Shown here one piece after another: positions 9,391 to 19,536 of a stretch of 64,000 nucleotides of DNA (its first letter is position 1; each line of letters begins with the position of its first letter). The stretch lies in sequence record NC_061441.1; one strand, 5' to 3'. A program made the position numbers and the translations under genes. The notes beneath the pieces were generated by a model. The model did not search any database. It had not been told where the DNA came from and saw only the letters and a list, made by a program, of their open reading frames with translations.

Positions 9391-9886
9391 CGATCCCGTC
9401 GATGTGCCGAAGACGCATGATGCAATGATCGAAGTGCTGATTGCTATTCGGTACATGTGCACCAAGCGCATGATCTTCCCTGTCGTGATTGCTAACATTG
9501 AACGGCGTAATGATTATCTGGTGATGAACAAACTCACCTTTAGCATGAAGCCTGGTAAATTCCTGACTGCTATTCAGGATAGCAACTGCCCTGTAAACGT
9601 GTGCTGGCTCATGCGAGCCTTCACACGCACCGCTCTGCATTTCGGTCTGATGCCTGTGATTGCAGACAGAAGTGGCGACTTTCAACCTTTAGTTAGTCGC
9701 TACTTCACGCAGGACGATCCAGATTTTGCTTACCGTCGTCATTACGACATTCGTTACATGAGCCAGCTCACTGATATCCGTAAGCCGCGCCTGTATCTGC
9801 TTAATGGAGTTAATTATGGCGTACAAGTCACTCGCCAAGAAACCGAAGAAGTCGAAAGCCGCCAAAGAGGCAGAGACTCGGAATAA
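9371..9886 (+). CDS. Hypothetical protein (start 9371 or 9425)
   Basis: Globular-looking part of track ORF 9179..9886. Confidence 0.6.
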   Translation: MTRTSNSDPVDVPKTHDAMIEVLIAIRYMCTKRMIFPVVIANIERRNDYLVMNKLTFSMKPGKFLTAIQDSNCPVNVCWLMRAFTRTALHFGLMPVIADRSGDFQPLVSRYFTQDDPDFAYRRHYDIRYMSQLTDIRKPRLYLLNGVNYGVQVTRQETEEVESRQRGRDSE

Positions 9887-10472
9887 GGCACACAAGCAAG
9901 CGCGTCGTGGTAAACTTGCTCAGGCAGTGAAAACAATCAGCACTGCCCTCAAGAAATCTCGACGCATGACGAAAGGTGAGAAACGTGCAATTCAGTTGCA
10001 GCCGTTCAAACCCCAAGTCGTACCGCAGCCGCCTAAAACTCCGCTCATGGAGAAAGGTCTTTCGTTGAACGCGCTGATTAAGTCTACGCCGCGTCTGATG
10101 AAAGAGAACGCTATGGAATGTTATGTCAATGGCGTGAAGCGCGGCAAGACGAACAAAGGCCTGCCGATGATTATGGCAAACGTTCGTCACAAAGATCCAC
10201 TGCGTCCTAATAAAACAGTGCGCATTCACAAGCCGATGATCATCGGTCTGGATGATCCGTACAAGCCTATTTCAAAACAAAAGCGTGTGCTGGTCAGTTG
10301 TCCCTGCGAGAACTTTGTGTTCATGTGGGAGTATGCGAACACCGAACATGGTTGTGCGCGAATTATTTACGGTAACGGCGAGCCACCAGACTTCACTAAC
10401 CCCGGTCACGCACCTGGTCTGTGTAAGCACCTGATGGCCTTAGCTGATCAAGTCAAACGAAACGGAGATTAA
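9816..10472 (+). CDS. SWIM zinc-finger protein with basic N-terminus
   Basis: VSCPCENF...GLCKHL fits CxC-n-CxH; GGAG RBS. Confidence 0.75.
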   Translation: MAYKSLAKKPKKSKAAKEAETRNKAHKQARRGKLAQAVKTISTALKKSRRMTKGEKRAIQLQPFKPQVVPQPPKTPLMEKGLSLNALIKSTPRLMKENAMECYVNGVKRGKTNKGLPMIMANVRHKDPLRPNKTVRIHKPMIIGLDDPYKPISKQKRVLVSCPCENFVFMWEYANTEHGCARIIYGNGEPPDFTNPGHAPGLCKHLMALADQVKRNGD

Positions 10473-10477
10473 TCCGA

Positions 10478-10759
10478 ATGTTCTTTAACAATCCGGCACC
10501 AGGCGTTATCCCTAACTATCCGATTGTGCATTCAATCAATGAGATGCACCGTCGTGTGGCTGAACTCAACGGCGAACTGATCGCTGCTGGCTGCACTGTC
10601 GTAGAGTCGTGCGGCGAGATGCTGATCGAGGTCCCTAAGGGCGCATCTGCGAAAGTTGACGATATCATCCAACGTCATCAGGATATGTTCAAAGGTCCTG
10701 TCCTCAGCCGCCCGGGTCGCTTGCAGATTGGAGGCGAAGATGCAGAAGCAGAAGTTTAA
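10478..10759 (+). CDS. Hypothetical protein
   Basis: 93 aa ORF in operon. Confidence 0.65.
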   Translation: MFFNNPAPGVIPNYPIVHSINEMHRRVAELNGELIAAGCTVVESCGEMLIEVPKGASAKVDDIIQRHQDMFKGPVLSRPGRLQIGGEDAEAEV

Positions 10760-11171
10760 CCCAGCGATCAATAGCGTGTCGCTTCACTACGGACCGCTTA
10801 TCGTTCACGGCCATGCGCAAGATAGCGCATTGAATAACGTTGTGCACCGCACGTTGCTGAACGAACTCAATCGCACCTGCGAAGATATGTTCAACAAGAT
10901 GGCATGTGTCCCTGCTGCCGCTCCGACTTTTGAGTGTGAAGTCACTGACGGTAACACCATTCTCCAATCGCTCAAACAGTGGCAGGCAGTCATCGAAGGG
11001 CAGGCGCCTGCGAAAGAGTTTGAACCGTGCTCTATTCCAGACTGGATGCGTCCGAGTCTTTTGGCTAAGGGCATGACTGACGCGGAGATCGATAGCATCC
11101 TTATCACTGGTATCGAACCTTCGTGGGATGAAACGCCTGGCGTTGTCTTCCGTACGGTGACCATTCCTTAA
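10740..11171 (+). CDS. Hypothetical protein
   Basis: GGAGG RBS before ATG 10740. Confidence 0.65.
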   Translation: MQKQKFNPAINSVSLHYGPLIVHGHAQDSALNNVVHRTLLNELNRTCEDMFNKMACVPAAAPTFECEVTDGNTILQSLKQWQAVIEGQAPAKEFEPCSIPDWMRPSLLAKGMTDAEIDSILITGIEPSWDETPGVVFRTVTIP

Positions 11172-11386
11172 TGGCCTGTTCGGGTTGTGGCCGTCGTAGC
11201 TCTCGCATTAGTTACAACGGCAGTTCTGCTCCTCAGACAGTAATCGAAGAGGACGATACGTTAAGCGCTGCGCGTTTAACACCTCATGGCTGGGTACGCA
11301 CCTGCGTTAAGTGTGGTGCCGTTTCCGAGCCTTCACCCTTTGCAGAAAACATTGAAAAACCTTGTGACTGCAAAACAGACGAGTGA
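11171..11386 (+). CDS. Small Cys-rich protein
   Basis: CSGC, CVKC and CDC motifs; TAATG overlap. Confidence 0.65.
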   Translation: MACSGCGRRSSRISYNGSSAPQTVIEEDDTLSAARLTPHGWVRTCVKCGAVSEPSPFAENIEKPCDCKTDE

Positions 11387-12609
11387 TCAAGATGAGCAAT
11401 CTCGTTGGTACTGCTGTAGCTTTGGACCATTGTCGCTTCTACGTGGAGAACATGGTCAACATTCAATTCGGTAATGTTCTCGCTCCTGTTCCACCAGAAG
11501 TTCCGTACAACAAGCCGATCAACAGTCGTGTGCTGCATGGTATGATCAAACATACCGAACTCATGTTCGACAACTTCATTAGTCGCACTGACCTGCAATT
11601 CCCATACGCGCCGATTCTGTATCGTTTCCGTTCTATCTACGGCGTGTATGTTGGTCAATACGCCGATGACGTGCAGCCTGTTCGCGGCATCCGTCCTGTG
11701 TTGAAAGAACACCCGCGCAATCCTGTTCCTGTCAAAGCAGGCGGTGAGCCAGACAAAGAGTTTGCTTCGCGCTTCCTCAAGCATACGTCTGAACAGGTAC
11801 GTTCGTTCCTGTACATGGTGTGTCTCGATCAGTATGCGCGTGAGCAGACAGACGTATGGCTGCCTGCGCCTCCGTTTGACTTCGACCAGCCGACGAACAT
11901 TCATAACGAAAGCCCGATCGCGTTTACGACTACGCATGACGTTTTGGTCAATCACTTGATGGAAGCGATGTTGCAGACGTATAGCGATACTCTGGACATT
12001 CATGTGTCGCTGCGTGACTACGGTCTGACTGTGTTGTTCCCGCTGGTGGCTGAATGCCGCAACGTGATTTATGCCGCTTGGCCGATTACGCGCGAATCAT
12101 TCCGCACTCCTAAGTTTCTGGACGGCGGTGAGCACGTAGCGTTTGAAGATCTACCTGTTGATGACGACAAAGAGGTGTGGGAACCAATCCCGCCAATGGG
12201 ACCTACGTTCGAAAATCAGGCGGAGTGGGAAAAGGCTGTGACTGAAATTGCAGAGTCGTTCAAGCTGCAAGCATTCACGGATGACGGTGATTCATCGTTT
12301 ATCCTCAAGCCCGCTCTGTATGCTAGTGGTGATGACTTCCTGTTCTGGAACGAAGGTCCACTGACTGACAAGTCCATTTTCGATATCGCGGTCGTTCCTG
12401 TTGTAGGTCAGTCCTACACTGATCTCGAAGTGCTGTTGCGTAGCGTCGGCAAAACCATTCGTGAATACGCAGTAGCTCGTGAGTGTCACATCGTCGCCCG
12501 CTACATCGAACAGGAAGACCAAATCATCGGTGCACTGTTCCGTGTTCGTCGTAACATCGACTTCCCTAATTCGCCGCAAGAAGTAATGACTCACGTGGGG
12601 TTAGCATGA
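11383..12609 (+). CDS. Hypothetical protein; C-terminal half paralogous to 12606..13139
   Basis: 408 aa; CHIVARY...IIGALFRVRRNIDFP. Confidence 0.75.
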   Translation: MIKMSNLVGTAVALDHCRFYVENMVNIQFGNVLAPVPPEVPYNKPINSRVLHGMIKHTELMFDNFISRTDLQFPYAPILYRFRSIYGVYVGQYADDVQPVRGIRPVLKEHPRNPVPVKAGGEPDKEFASRFLKHTSEQVRSFLYMVCLDQYAREQTDVWLPAPPFDFDQPTNIHNESPIAFTTTHDVLVNHLMEAMLQTYSDTLDIHVSLRDYGLTVLFPLVAECRNVIYAAWPITRESFRTPKFLDGGEHVAFEDLPVDDDKEVWEPIPPMGPTFENQAEWEKAVTEIAESFKLQAFTDDGDSSFILKPALYASGDDFLFWNEGPLTDKSIFDIAVVPVVGQSYTDLEVLLRSVGKTIREYAVARECHIVARYIEQEDQIIGALFRVRRNIDFPNSPQEVMTHVGLA

Positions 12610-13139
12610 CAGATCAAGTAATCACATTCGAAGACCAGCAAAGCTGGGAAGACTTCGGTGAAGCTGTTCACAATGAGTTTTTGCTGAACACGATGACAGG
12701 TAGCAGTAGCGCCAGTCAGATCCCGAGTGTTGGTCCTAACGAAGGCGTGAAACATGCGCTGACCTATGCCAACATTCTTCGTGGTGAGCAGTCGCCTATC
12801 GTTGTGCTCGATTTGCTGATCGAAGAAGTTGCTTTGGCTGAGGGCGAGACTAGTCCTTTCGATGCTGATGGTCTTGAGCAGGCCGTGCGTAAAGTAGTGG
12901 CGTTGTATCAAGCGCGAGCGCGTGACCTCGACTGTCATATCACTGGTCAGTACCTGACAGATGATAACAAGGTCATCGGCGCATTGCTGCGTGTGTATCG
13001 CAATCAGGACTTCCCGTGTACTGGGCATCCTGAAATGCTGCACGGTAAACCAATCGGTATGTTCCACTGCGATAAGTGTCATGAGATGCAAGTCGCTGGT
13101 ACGTTCCATCTTCCCAAAGAGGAAACTCAAAATGGTTAA
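12606..13139 (+). CDS. Hypothetical protein with C-terminal Cys/His cluster
   Basis: 177 aa; CHITGQY...VIGALLRVYRNQDFP; C..H..H...HCxxCH tail. Confidence 0.75.
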   Translation: MTDQVITFEDQQSWEDFGEAVHNEFLLNTMTGSSSASQIPSVGPNEGVKHALTYANILRGEQSPIVVLDLLIEEVALAEGETSPFDADGLEQAVRKVVALYQARARDLDCHITGQYLTDDNKVIGALLRVYRNQDFPCTGHPEMLHGKPIGMFHCDKCHEMQVAGTFHLPKEETQNG

Positions 13140-13599
13140 AGGTGGGTTGTGGCGTGTCTTCCCTGACTACGACTCGGAAGCATTGCTGATGAAGCTCGGC
13201 GCCGCTATCGGTATCGAGCACGACGAAGACGATGTGCCTGGAGAATTGCACGTTACTCTGGCTTACGACGAATCGAACCCTGACGTCAAGGCCGAGCAGA
13301 ACGATGCTGGTGAGTTCTTCGCTACCGTCAAATGTGCTAAGTTGTTTGGCGAAGGTCAAGATAGGATTCTGGTACTCGTACTTGAATCACCTGACCTGTG
13401 TGCAGAACATGATCGCATCCACGCATGTGGTGCCGCCCAGTTCGCATTCAAGCCGTACCGCCCTCACGTCACGCTGTTGAAGTCTGCCAAAGACAGCCAA
13501 GCTGAACATCTCAATCAGATCATTCAGCACCCAGGCCGTCCTCCAATCACTCTGCGCTTCATTGAAGAAGATCGCAAGGTGCTGGAGAAGCGTAACTAA
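13132..13599 (+). CDS. 2H phosphoesterase, Acb1 (T4 gp57B)-like anti-CBASS nuclease
   Basis: Two HxT motifs (LHVTLAY, PHVTLL); LVLVLESPDL..EH...GA....Y.PHVTL parallels the recalled T4 57B sequence; GAGGA RBS. Confidence 0.8.
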   Translation: MVKGGLWRVFPDYDSEALLMKLGAAIGIEHDEDDVPGELHVTLAYDESNPDVKAEQNDAGEFFATVKCAKLFGEGQDRILVLVLESPDLCAEHDRIHACGAAQFAFKPYRPHVTLLKSAKDSQAEHLNQIIQHPGRPPITLRFIEEDRKVLEKRN

Positions 13600-13604
13600 A
13601 TCCT

Positions 13605-13630
13605 AGCGGTGGCCATGTGCTGCCGCTTTT
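13605..13630 (+). terminator. Intrinsic terminator
   Basis: AGCGGTGGC-CATGT-GCTGCCGCT-TTT. Confidence 0.7.
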
Positions 13631-13650
13631 GTCGTTCTGGAGATATTTCT

Positions 13651-13980
13651 ATGGAAATGATGGTAAGTCTTAGTCACGAAATTCGCGTGGAGAAACAGGA
13701 CAACACTGCGAACGAAGCGCAGACTCAAGGTCCTACTGACGCGCAGCAACGCGCTCTTGATCTCGAAGACCAGCGCCGCATTGCGGAAGAATACGGTATC
13801 GACGCTCCCAAGGAAGAGATTGAAGAAAAGGAGAAGGAACGTATCGAGCGTGAGAAAGAAAAAGAAGAGGAGAATCGCGTTAGACCACCAGCAGACCTTG
13901 GGCAGCGCAAGCCTATCGAAGACAAAGATGTTACCGCTACAGATATCCAAAATGAGCACGATAACCTGACGAAGATCTAG
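13651..13980 (+). CDS. Charged, disordered protein (MEMMVSLSHE...)
   Basis: GGAG RBS; E/K/R-rich. Confidence 0.7.
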   Translation: MEMMVSLSHEIRVEKQDNTANEAQTQGPTDAQQRALDLEDQRRIAEEYGIDAPKEEIEEKEKERIEREKEKEEENRVRPPADLGQRKPIEDKDVTATDIQNEHDNLTKI

Positions 13981-13981
13981 G

Positions 13982-13993
13982 AATCTGTAAATA
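13982..13993 (+). promoter_or_regulatory. AATCTGTAAATA motif upstream of the sigma gene
   Basis: Exact intergenic copy. Confidence 0.6.
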
Positions 13994-14025
13994 AGAGTCA
14001 AAGCAACTAACAGGTGTATTTGACC

Positions 14026-15063
14026 ATGAACAATAAGTCGAATCTCACGGGCGGTCAGATAGAAAGCGTCATGGACACCATGTTGCATGACTGCCTCCGT
14101 GAGATTGTTGAGAACACGGATATCTTCGATATCCAATTGACCTACTTGTTGGGTCTGGTTACGTCAAATAAAAAGCGAAAGCCATACAACGCAGAAACGC
14201 GTGAACGAGCTATCAGCCTTCTGATTAAAGCGCTCTCTGTACCGCGTGACCAGAAGATGGTTTTCATTCAGGAACTTAAAATGGAGCGTAACTTCATTTA
14301 TGTCTTCCTGGAAAATGTAATTAAGCGGTACTACTCGGTGTATGTCGATTTGTACCGTGCATTCATCACGACGCAAGATCCAATCAAGCGCGTGGCGTAT
14401 TCAAAACGACTGGACGTGTATGTGAAGATGTTTGGTGCTGAGTCTCGCTCCAAGCTGTTTGTGGCGTTGTGTCGTTTGAATGACCTACTGCCGCAGTTCA
14501 TGGAATACTTCCACTCGGTAGTTGCTGACTTCTATCGTCTGTGCAGCAAGCAGACCAAATTCTATGTTGATACCAATCGTGGTAAACTCTACGACAGCAA
14601 AGACGTGCGCCAGAACTTCCTGCGTAACGTTATCATTGCAATCAACAAGTATGACTCATCGCGTGGTGCGATAGTCAGTTATACGAAGTGGTGGATTCTG
14701 AACGCTCAAACCTGTAGTAGCAGCGAGCACGAATACGGCATCGCCTACACTATTCCCCAGACTCAACGTAAGAAACTGGCGACAGGTGAAGATACCACTT
14801 CTCTAAATTTCTCGGTAAGTCTCGATACTCCAGCCAATGAATCTGATGAAGGTGCGGACGCGTCCCTACATCAAAAGGTGAGTGACCATCATCACCTGGA
14901 AGATCACGTTGATAGTGAAAGACGTACCGAAAAACTGAGACTGCTTATTAAGCGCGTTGACCCTCTCGGTGTTGCTCGACTAACGATGGACGTTGGCGAG
15001 GAGTTCGATAAGTTTGAACTCGACCTCATGCGTAAACATATGCAAGCTCAAGGGCTAGCCTAA
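14026..15063 (+). CDS. Phage RNA polymerase sigma70-like factor
   Basis: Region-2-like DVRQNF...IIAINKYDSSRG..VSYTKWWILNA; SLDTP region-3-like motif. Confidence 0.75.
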   Translation: MNNKSNLTGGQIESVMDTMLHDCLREIVENTDIFDIQLTYLLGLVTSNKKRKPYNAETRERAISLLIKALSVPRDQKMVFIQELKMERNFIYVFLENVIKRYYSVYVDLYRAFITTQDPIKRVAYSKRLDVYVKMFGAESRSKLFVALCRLNDLLPQFMEYFHSVVADFYRLCSKQTKFYVDTNRGKLYDSKDVRQNFLRNVIIAINKYDSSRGAIVSYTKWWILNAQTCSSSEHEYGIAYTIPQTQRKKLATGEDTTSLNFSVSLDTPANESDEGADASLHQKVSDHHHLEDHVDSERRTEKLRLLIKRVDPLGVARLTMDVGEEFDKFELDLMRKHMQAQGLA

Positions 15064-15074
15064 AACTGTAAACA
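15063..15074 (+). promoter_or_regulatory. Variant motif AAACTGTAAACA upstream of the SSB gene
   Basis: 2 mismatches to AATCTGTAAATA, intergenic. Confidence 0.45.
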
Positions 15075-15112
15075 GTGCATATCATAGCACAACTCAATAT
15101 TGAGGAAATATA

Positions 15113-16381
<1,269 letters not shown>

Positions 16382-16391
16382 TTCGCAACAC

Positions 16392-16420
16392 GGGGTAGCT
16401 TAGGCTGCCCCTTCTTTTCT
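16392..16420 (+). terminator. Intrinsic terminator
   Basis: GGGGTAGC-TTAG-GCTGCCCC-TTCTTTT. Confidence 0.8.
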
Positions 16421-16439
16421 CAATCTGGACTATCCCACA

Positions 16440-18971
16440 ATGGCGAAAACGAACAACAAGGCTGAGAAGAAGGCCGAGAAGAAAGCTAAAGTCAAAGCTC
16501 TGAAAAGCGGAGAAAAGGCAGTAGCTTCTGATGATATCGGCGGCGTTGAAATTCAAGGCTTCGACCTCGCAAGTTTGATGGACGATGTGCTTGACGGCAT
16601 CGAAAAGAAAACGAAAGTAAGTTCGCAGGATGCAGCGCGACACGCACCGCGTATCTCAACAGGCTGTCTGGCGCTTGACATGTATTTGTCTGGCGGTATC
16701 GTACCTGGCGGTTGGTACACATTCAGCGGCGGTGAGCAGTCATGTAAGTCAACAATGACCATGAGCATTATGGCGAGCCTGATTCGTCTGAAATACTCTG
16801 GCATTAGCGTAGTGTTCGACTACGAAGGTTCAACCGATGCCGAGTACGTTGCTGGTCAGTTGAAAACGTTCGGCGTTAAGGTCGACCCGAAAACTATCTT
16901 CGGTGTGCGTGACGATAAAGACGGTAGCTGGATCGTTAAGCCTAAGATCCGTTACTACGCACCAGACAACGGTGAGCGCTTCTTCGATTATATGTCGATG
17001 CTGCGTCGTCGTCTGCCTGACAAAATCGTTGAGAAAGACGGCACCGCGTATTACATCTTTGAGAACAACAAAGAGAACGCGAAGAAGCTGGCAGGCAAGT
17101 ACGATAAGAAATGGTTCAGCCGTAACAACCAGTTCAAAGTACCTGCGCCAGACGGCCACATGCAGGCGATGGTTATCGTTGACTCCTATCCTGCGATGAT
17201 GCCAGATCAGGTCGATGACGATGACGGCTCGAAAGCAATGGCGCTGCAAGCGCGTATGTTCTCTGACGGCATCAAACGTTTCCGTGGCGGTATGCGTCGT
17301 AAGATGATGACTATCGTTGGCGTTAACCAGTTGCGTCAGAAGCCAGCAGTAATGTTCGGCAGCCCGGAGTATGAGCCTGGTGGTGATGCGTTGAAGTTCT
17401 ATTGCTTCGACCGTGACACTCTGATTCGTACTGACCACGGCGTATTGACTGCACCGCAGATTAAAGCGCTGATGGACGAAGGCAAAGAAGTTGCCGTTGA
17501 GTCGTTCGATGGTTATCAGAAAATCAACGGCGCATGGCTTGTCAATGACGCTCCGTTCCCGTTCGAACTGAATGCTGGTGGTCATGTGTATGTTGGCTCG
17601 GCCGAACATCGCCAGTTCACGTTCATGCACGATCTGACTGCCGAAGGTACTCCAGTTCTGCGTCCTGAATGGAACACGCTGAATCAACTGGCGCAGTACC
17701 CAGAGCAGAAAGGTCAGTACGCTGGTCTGCGTGTACCACCAGTTAAGGAACTGAAAGAGAATGTTCCTGACGCCTTCGATGAAGCCTCACAACTGGTAAG
17801 CAATCTGCTTGGAAACTGCGACCCTGTTAGCAAGCAACTGCCGCTGGTGACTCACGGTGATACCACCTACGCTGCAAACTGTCTGTTCATCGACACTGTG
17901 GGCGAAGACACCGACACTGGTTCGTTCTCGTTCTGGGTAGAGAAGTTACTGGCCATCGGCGTATTTGCTTACGCTGACGAAAGCGGTATCTGGATTCCAG
18001 GTCTGAACAAACACGAACTGGAAGCGGCTGTAGCGCAGGACGAACTCGGTGCGTTTGCTGGTATCAGTTTTGAAGCGACCTGTCGTCAACGTCAGACTCA
18101 AATGCTGACCGTGATTGTCGATCACTTCCCTGAGCTGGTACGTTACGTTCTCGACTATCAGTTGCAGACGGGCGAAGACAAAATCTACCTGGCGCCTGAG
18201 AACGACTTCGCACAAGCGCTTGACCTGATTCTGCACAAAGAGATCGCTGGTTACGACGACTACTATGACCTGCTGATGTTCCAGCTGGCGTATGTCGATG
18301 ACTGGTACAACTTCGATTCCTCAATTCTGCCTGTGCCGTTTACGCTTCGTGCGCTCAACGAACAGCGTGAGTTCTGGGACGTGAACGTTGAAGAAACGTC
18401 GGTAGTAATCACCAACGGCTTCGTCAGTCACAACAGCGACGTGCGTGTGCGACTGGCTTCTCGTGCGGTACCAGAAGGCTGGCCGAAACTGAAAGATGCT
18501 CCTGGCATCGTCGGTGAGAAGTCGGTAACAGTTGAAGGAGGTACTGACCGCTATCGCTTCATCGCTGCTAAGACCATCAAGAACAAGATGGGCGGCATCC
18601 CTAACCAGCAGACGTGGTTACGTTTGTGGGAAGCTGACGGTAACGGTGAAGCTCGCGGTTTCGACCCAGTGTTCGATACGTGGCACTACCTGAAAACTCT
18701 GGGTCTGGTCAATGGTAGCCGTAAGTCGTTCAAGCTGAAAGCTCCGTGCCCGCTCGCATCTGATGTTAAGATGGATTGGGATGACTTCCGTACACTCATC
18801 AACGGCAGCAAAGAACAAGTTGTTGGCGTGTGTAAGAAACTGAAAGTCAAACCTGCGGGCCTGCGTCTGTGGTGCTTCAAGTTCGTTCAGTCCACTAAGG
18901 GCAACGAAATGTTGAAGAACGCAATCAGTAAGTCTGCCAAGAAGTCTGATGACGACGACGGCGACGAGTAA
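16440..18971 (+). CDS. recA: RecA/UvsX recombinase containing an intein
   Basis: ISTGCLALD..LSGG, Walker A GGEQSCKST, VIVDS, VNQLRQ, PGGDALKFY|SDVR, KTIKNK; 843 aa, 499 aa after splicing. Confidence 0.92.
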   Translation: MAKTNNKAEKKAEKKAKVKALKSGEKAVASDDIGGVEIQGFDLASLMDDVLDGIEKKTKVSSQDAARHAPRISTGCLALDMYLSGGIVPGGWYTFSGGEQSCKSTMTMSIMASLIRLKYSGISVVFDYEGSTDAEYVAGQLKTFGVKVDPKTIFGVRDDKDGSWIVKPKIRYYAPDNGERFFDYMSMLRRRLPDKIVEKDGTAYYIFENNKENAKKLAGKYDKKWFSRNNQFKVPAPDGHMQAMVIVDSYPAMMPDQVDDDDGSKAMALQARMFSDGIKRFRGGMRRKMMTIVGVNQLRQKPAVMFGSPEYEPGGDALKFYCFDRDTLIRTDHGVLTAPQIKALMDEGKEVAVESFDGYQKINGAWLVNDAPFPFELNAGGHVYVGSAEHRQFTFMHDLTAEGTPVLRPEWNTLNQLAQYPEQKGQYAGLRVPPVKELKENVPDAFDEASQLVSNLLGNCDPVSKQLPLVTHGDTTYAANCLFIDTVGEDTDTGSFSFWVEKLLAIGVFAYADESGIWIPGLNKHELEAAVAQDELGAFAGISFEATCRQRQTQMLTVIVDHFPELVRYVLDYQLQTGEDKIYLAPENDFAQALDLILHKEIAGYDDYYDLLMFQLAYVDDWYNFDSSILPVPFTLRALNEQREFWDVNVEETSVVITNGFVSHNSDVRVRLASRAVPEGWPKLKDAPGIVGEKSVTVEGGTDRYRFIAAKTIKNKMGGIPNQQTWLRLWEADGNGEARGFDPVFDTWHYLKTLGLVNGSRKSFKLKAPCPLASDVKMDWDDFRTLINGSKEQVVGVCKKLKVKPAGLRLWCFKFVQSTKGNEMLKNAISKSAKKSDDDDGDE
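17403..18434 (+). mobile_element. Intein (344 aa) in recA
   Basis: Starts with Cys (CFDRDTLI) after ALKFY; block B SAEH; block F FWDVNV; ends SHN followed by Ser; extein motif KFY-SDVR is restored on removal. Confidence 0.92.
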
Positions 18972-18977
18972 TAAATA

Positions 18978-19003
18978 GGCGGGCTTCGGCTCGCCCTTTC
19001 TTT
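18978..19003 (+). terminator. Intrinsic terminator
   Basis: GGCGGGC-TTCG-GCTCGCC-CTTTCTTT. Confidence 0.75.
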
Positions 19004-19013
19004 GGAGAAAGAA

Positions 19014-19442
19014 ATGCGCACTCAAATCTATACGGCTGATATCGTCAATCTGGAAACAGTGGTCGTTGACGAAGAAGGTCAAGAGACACGCAGTCCGACA
19101 ATCGTTCCTAATCTCGAAGGCGAACGTGATCTGACTGTTAGCACTCTCGGTACTATCATGGCTACCGTGACCGCTGAACCAAATCCTGACGCTCGCATGA
19201 TCGTTCTGGTGTCACGCGCTCTGTTCCCTGCTTTCGCAGACCCTGAAGGTGACCTGTTCGATATCTTCGATCCGATCGAACGTGTTGCTGATGTTGTTGC
19301 TGGAAACGTCGGCAGCATTCTCGGTATGCAGGTAGTAATCAACGATAAGTCCGACGACAACGTTCTGGCTATCGCTGATGTTCTTGATACCGAAGCTGGC
19401 GTTACTATTCGCACCTTCGGCGCTGCGCTCGTTCGCGCGTAA
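19014..19442 (+). CDS. Hypothetical acidic protein
   Basis: GGAG RBS, 142 aa. Confidence 0.75.
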   Translation: MRTQIYTADIVNLETVVVDEEGQETRSPTIVPNLEGERDLTVSTLGTIMATVTAEPNPDARMIVLVSRALFPAFADPEGDLFDIFDPIERVADVVAGNVGSILGMQVVINDKSDDNVLAIADVLDTEAGVTIRTFGAALVRA

Positions 19443-19448
19443 GTAAAC

Positions 19449-19476
19449 TTGTGCGGGATAATGCTTTCCCGCACAA
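19449..19476. other. Perfect 10-bp inverted repeat (hairpin without U-tract)
   Basis: TTGTGCGGGA-N8-TCCCGCACAA. Confidence 0.7.
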
Positions 19477-19483
19477 TCCCTCT

Positions 19484-19536
19484 CTCGATAGGCAATACGC
19501 CACGAGAAAACAAACCACTCGATAGGCAATACGCCA
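19484..19536 (+). repeat. 19-bp perfect direct repeat CTCGATAGGCAATACGCCA x2
   Basis: Copies at 19484-19502 and 19518-19536; the second abuts the GGAG RBS of 19547. Confidence 0.9.

Noticed and set aside
16725-16760. RecA Walker A with Cys (GGEQSCKST) as a sign of inactivation
   Set aside because: Phage UvsX proteins tolerate a non-Gly residue at this position; the Lys-Ser/Thr and other motifs are intact
19484-19536. Possible mini-CRISPR array
   Set aside because: Only two 19-bp copies with a 15-nt gap; too short for repeat and spacer, and no cas genes
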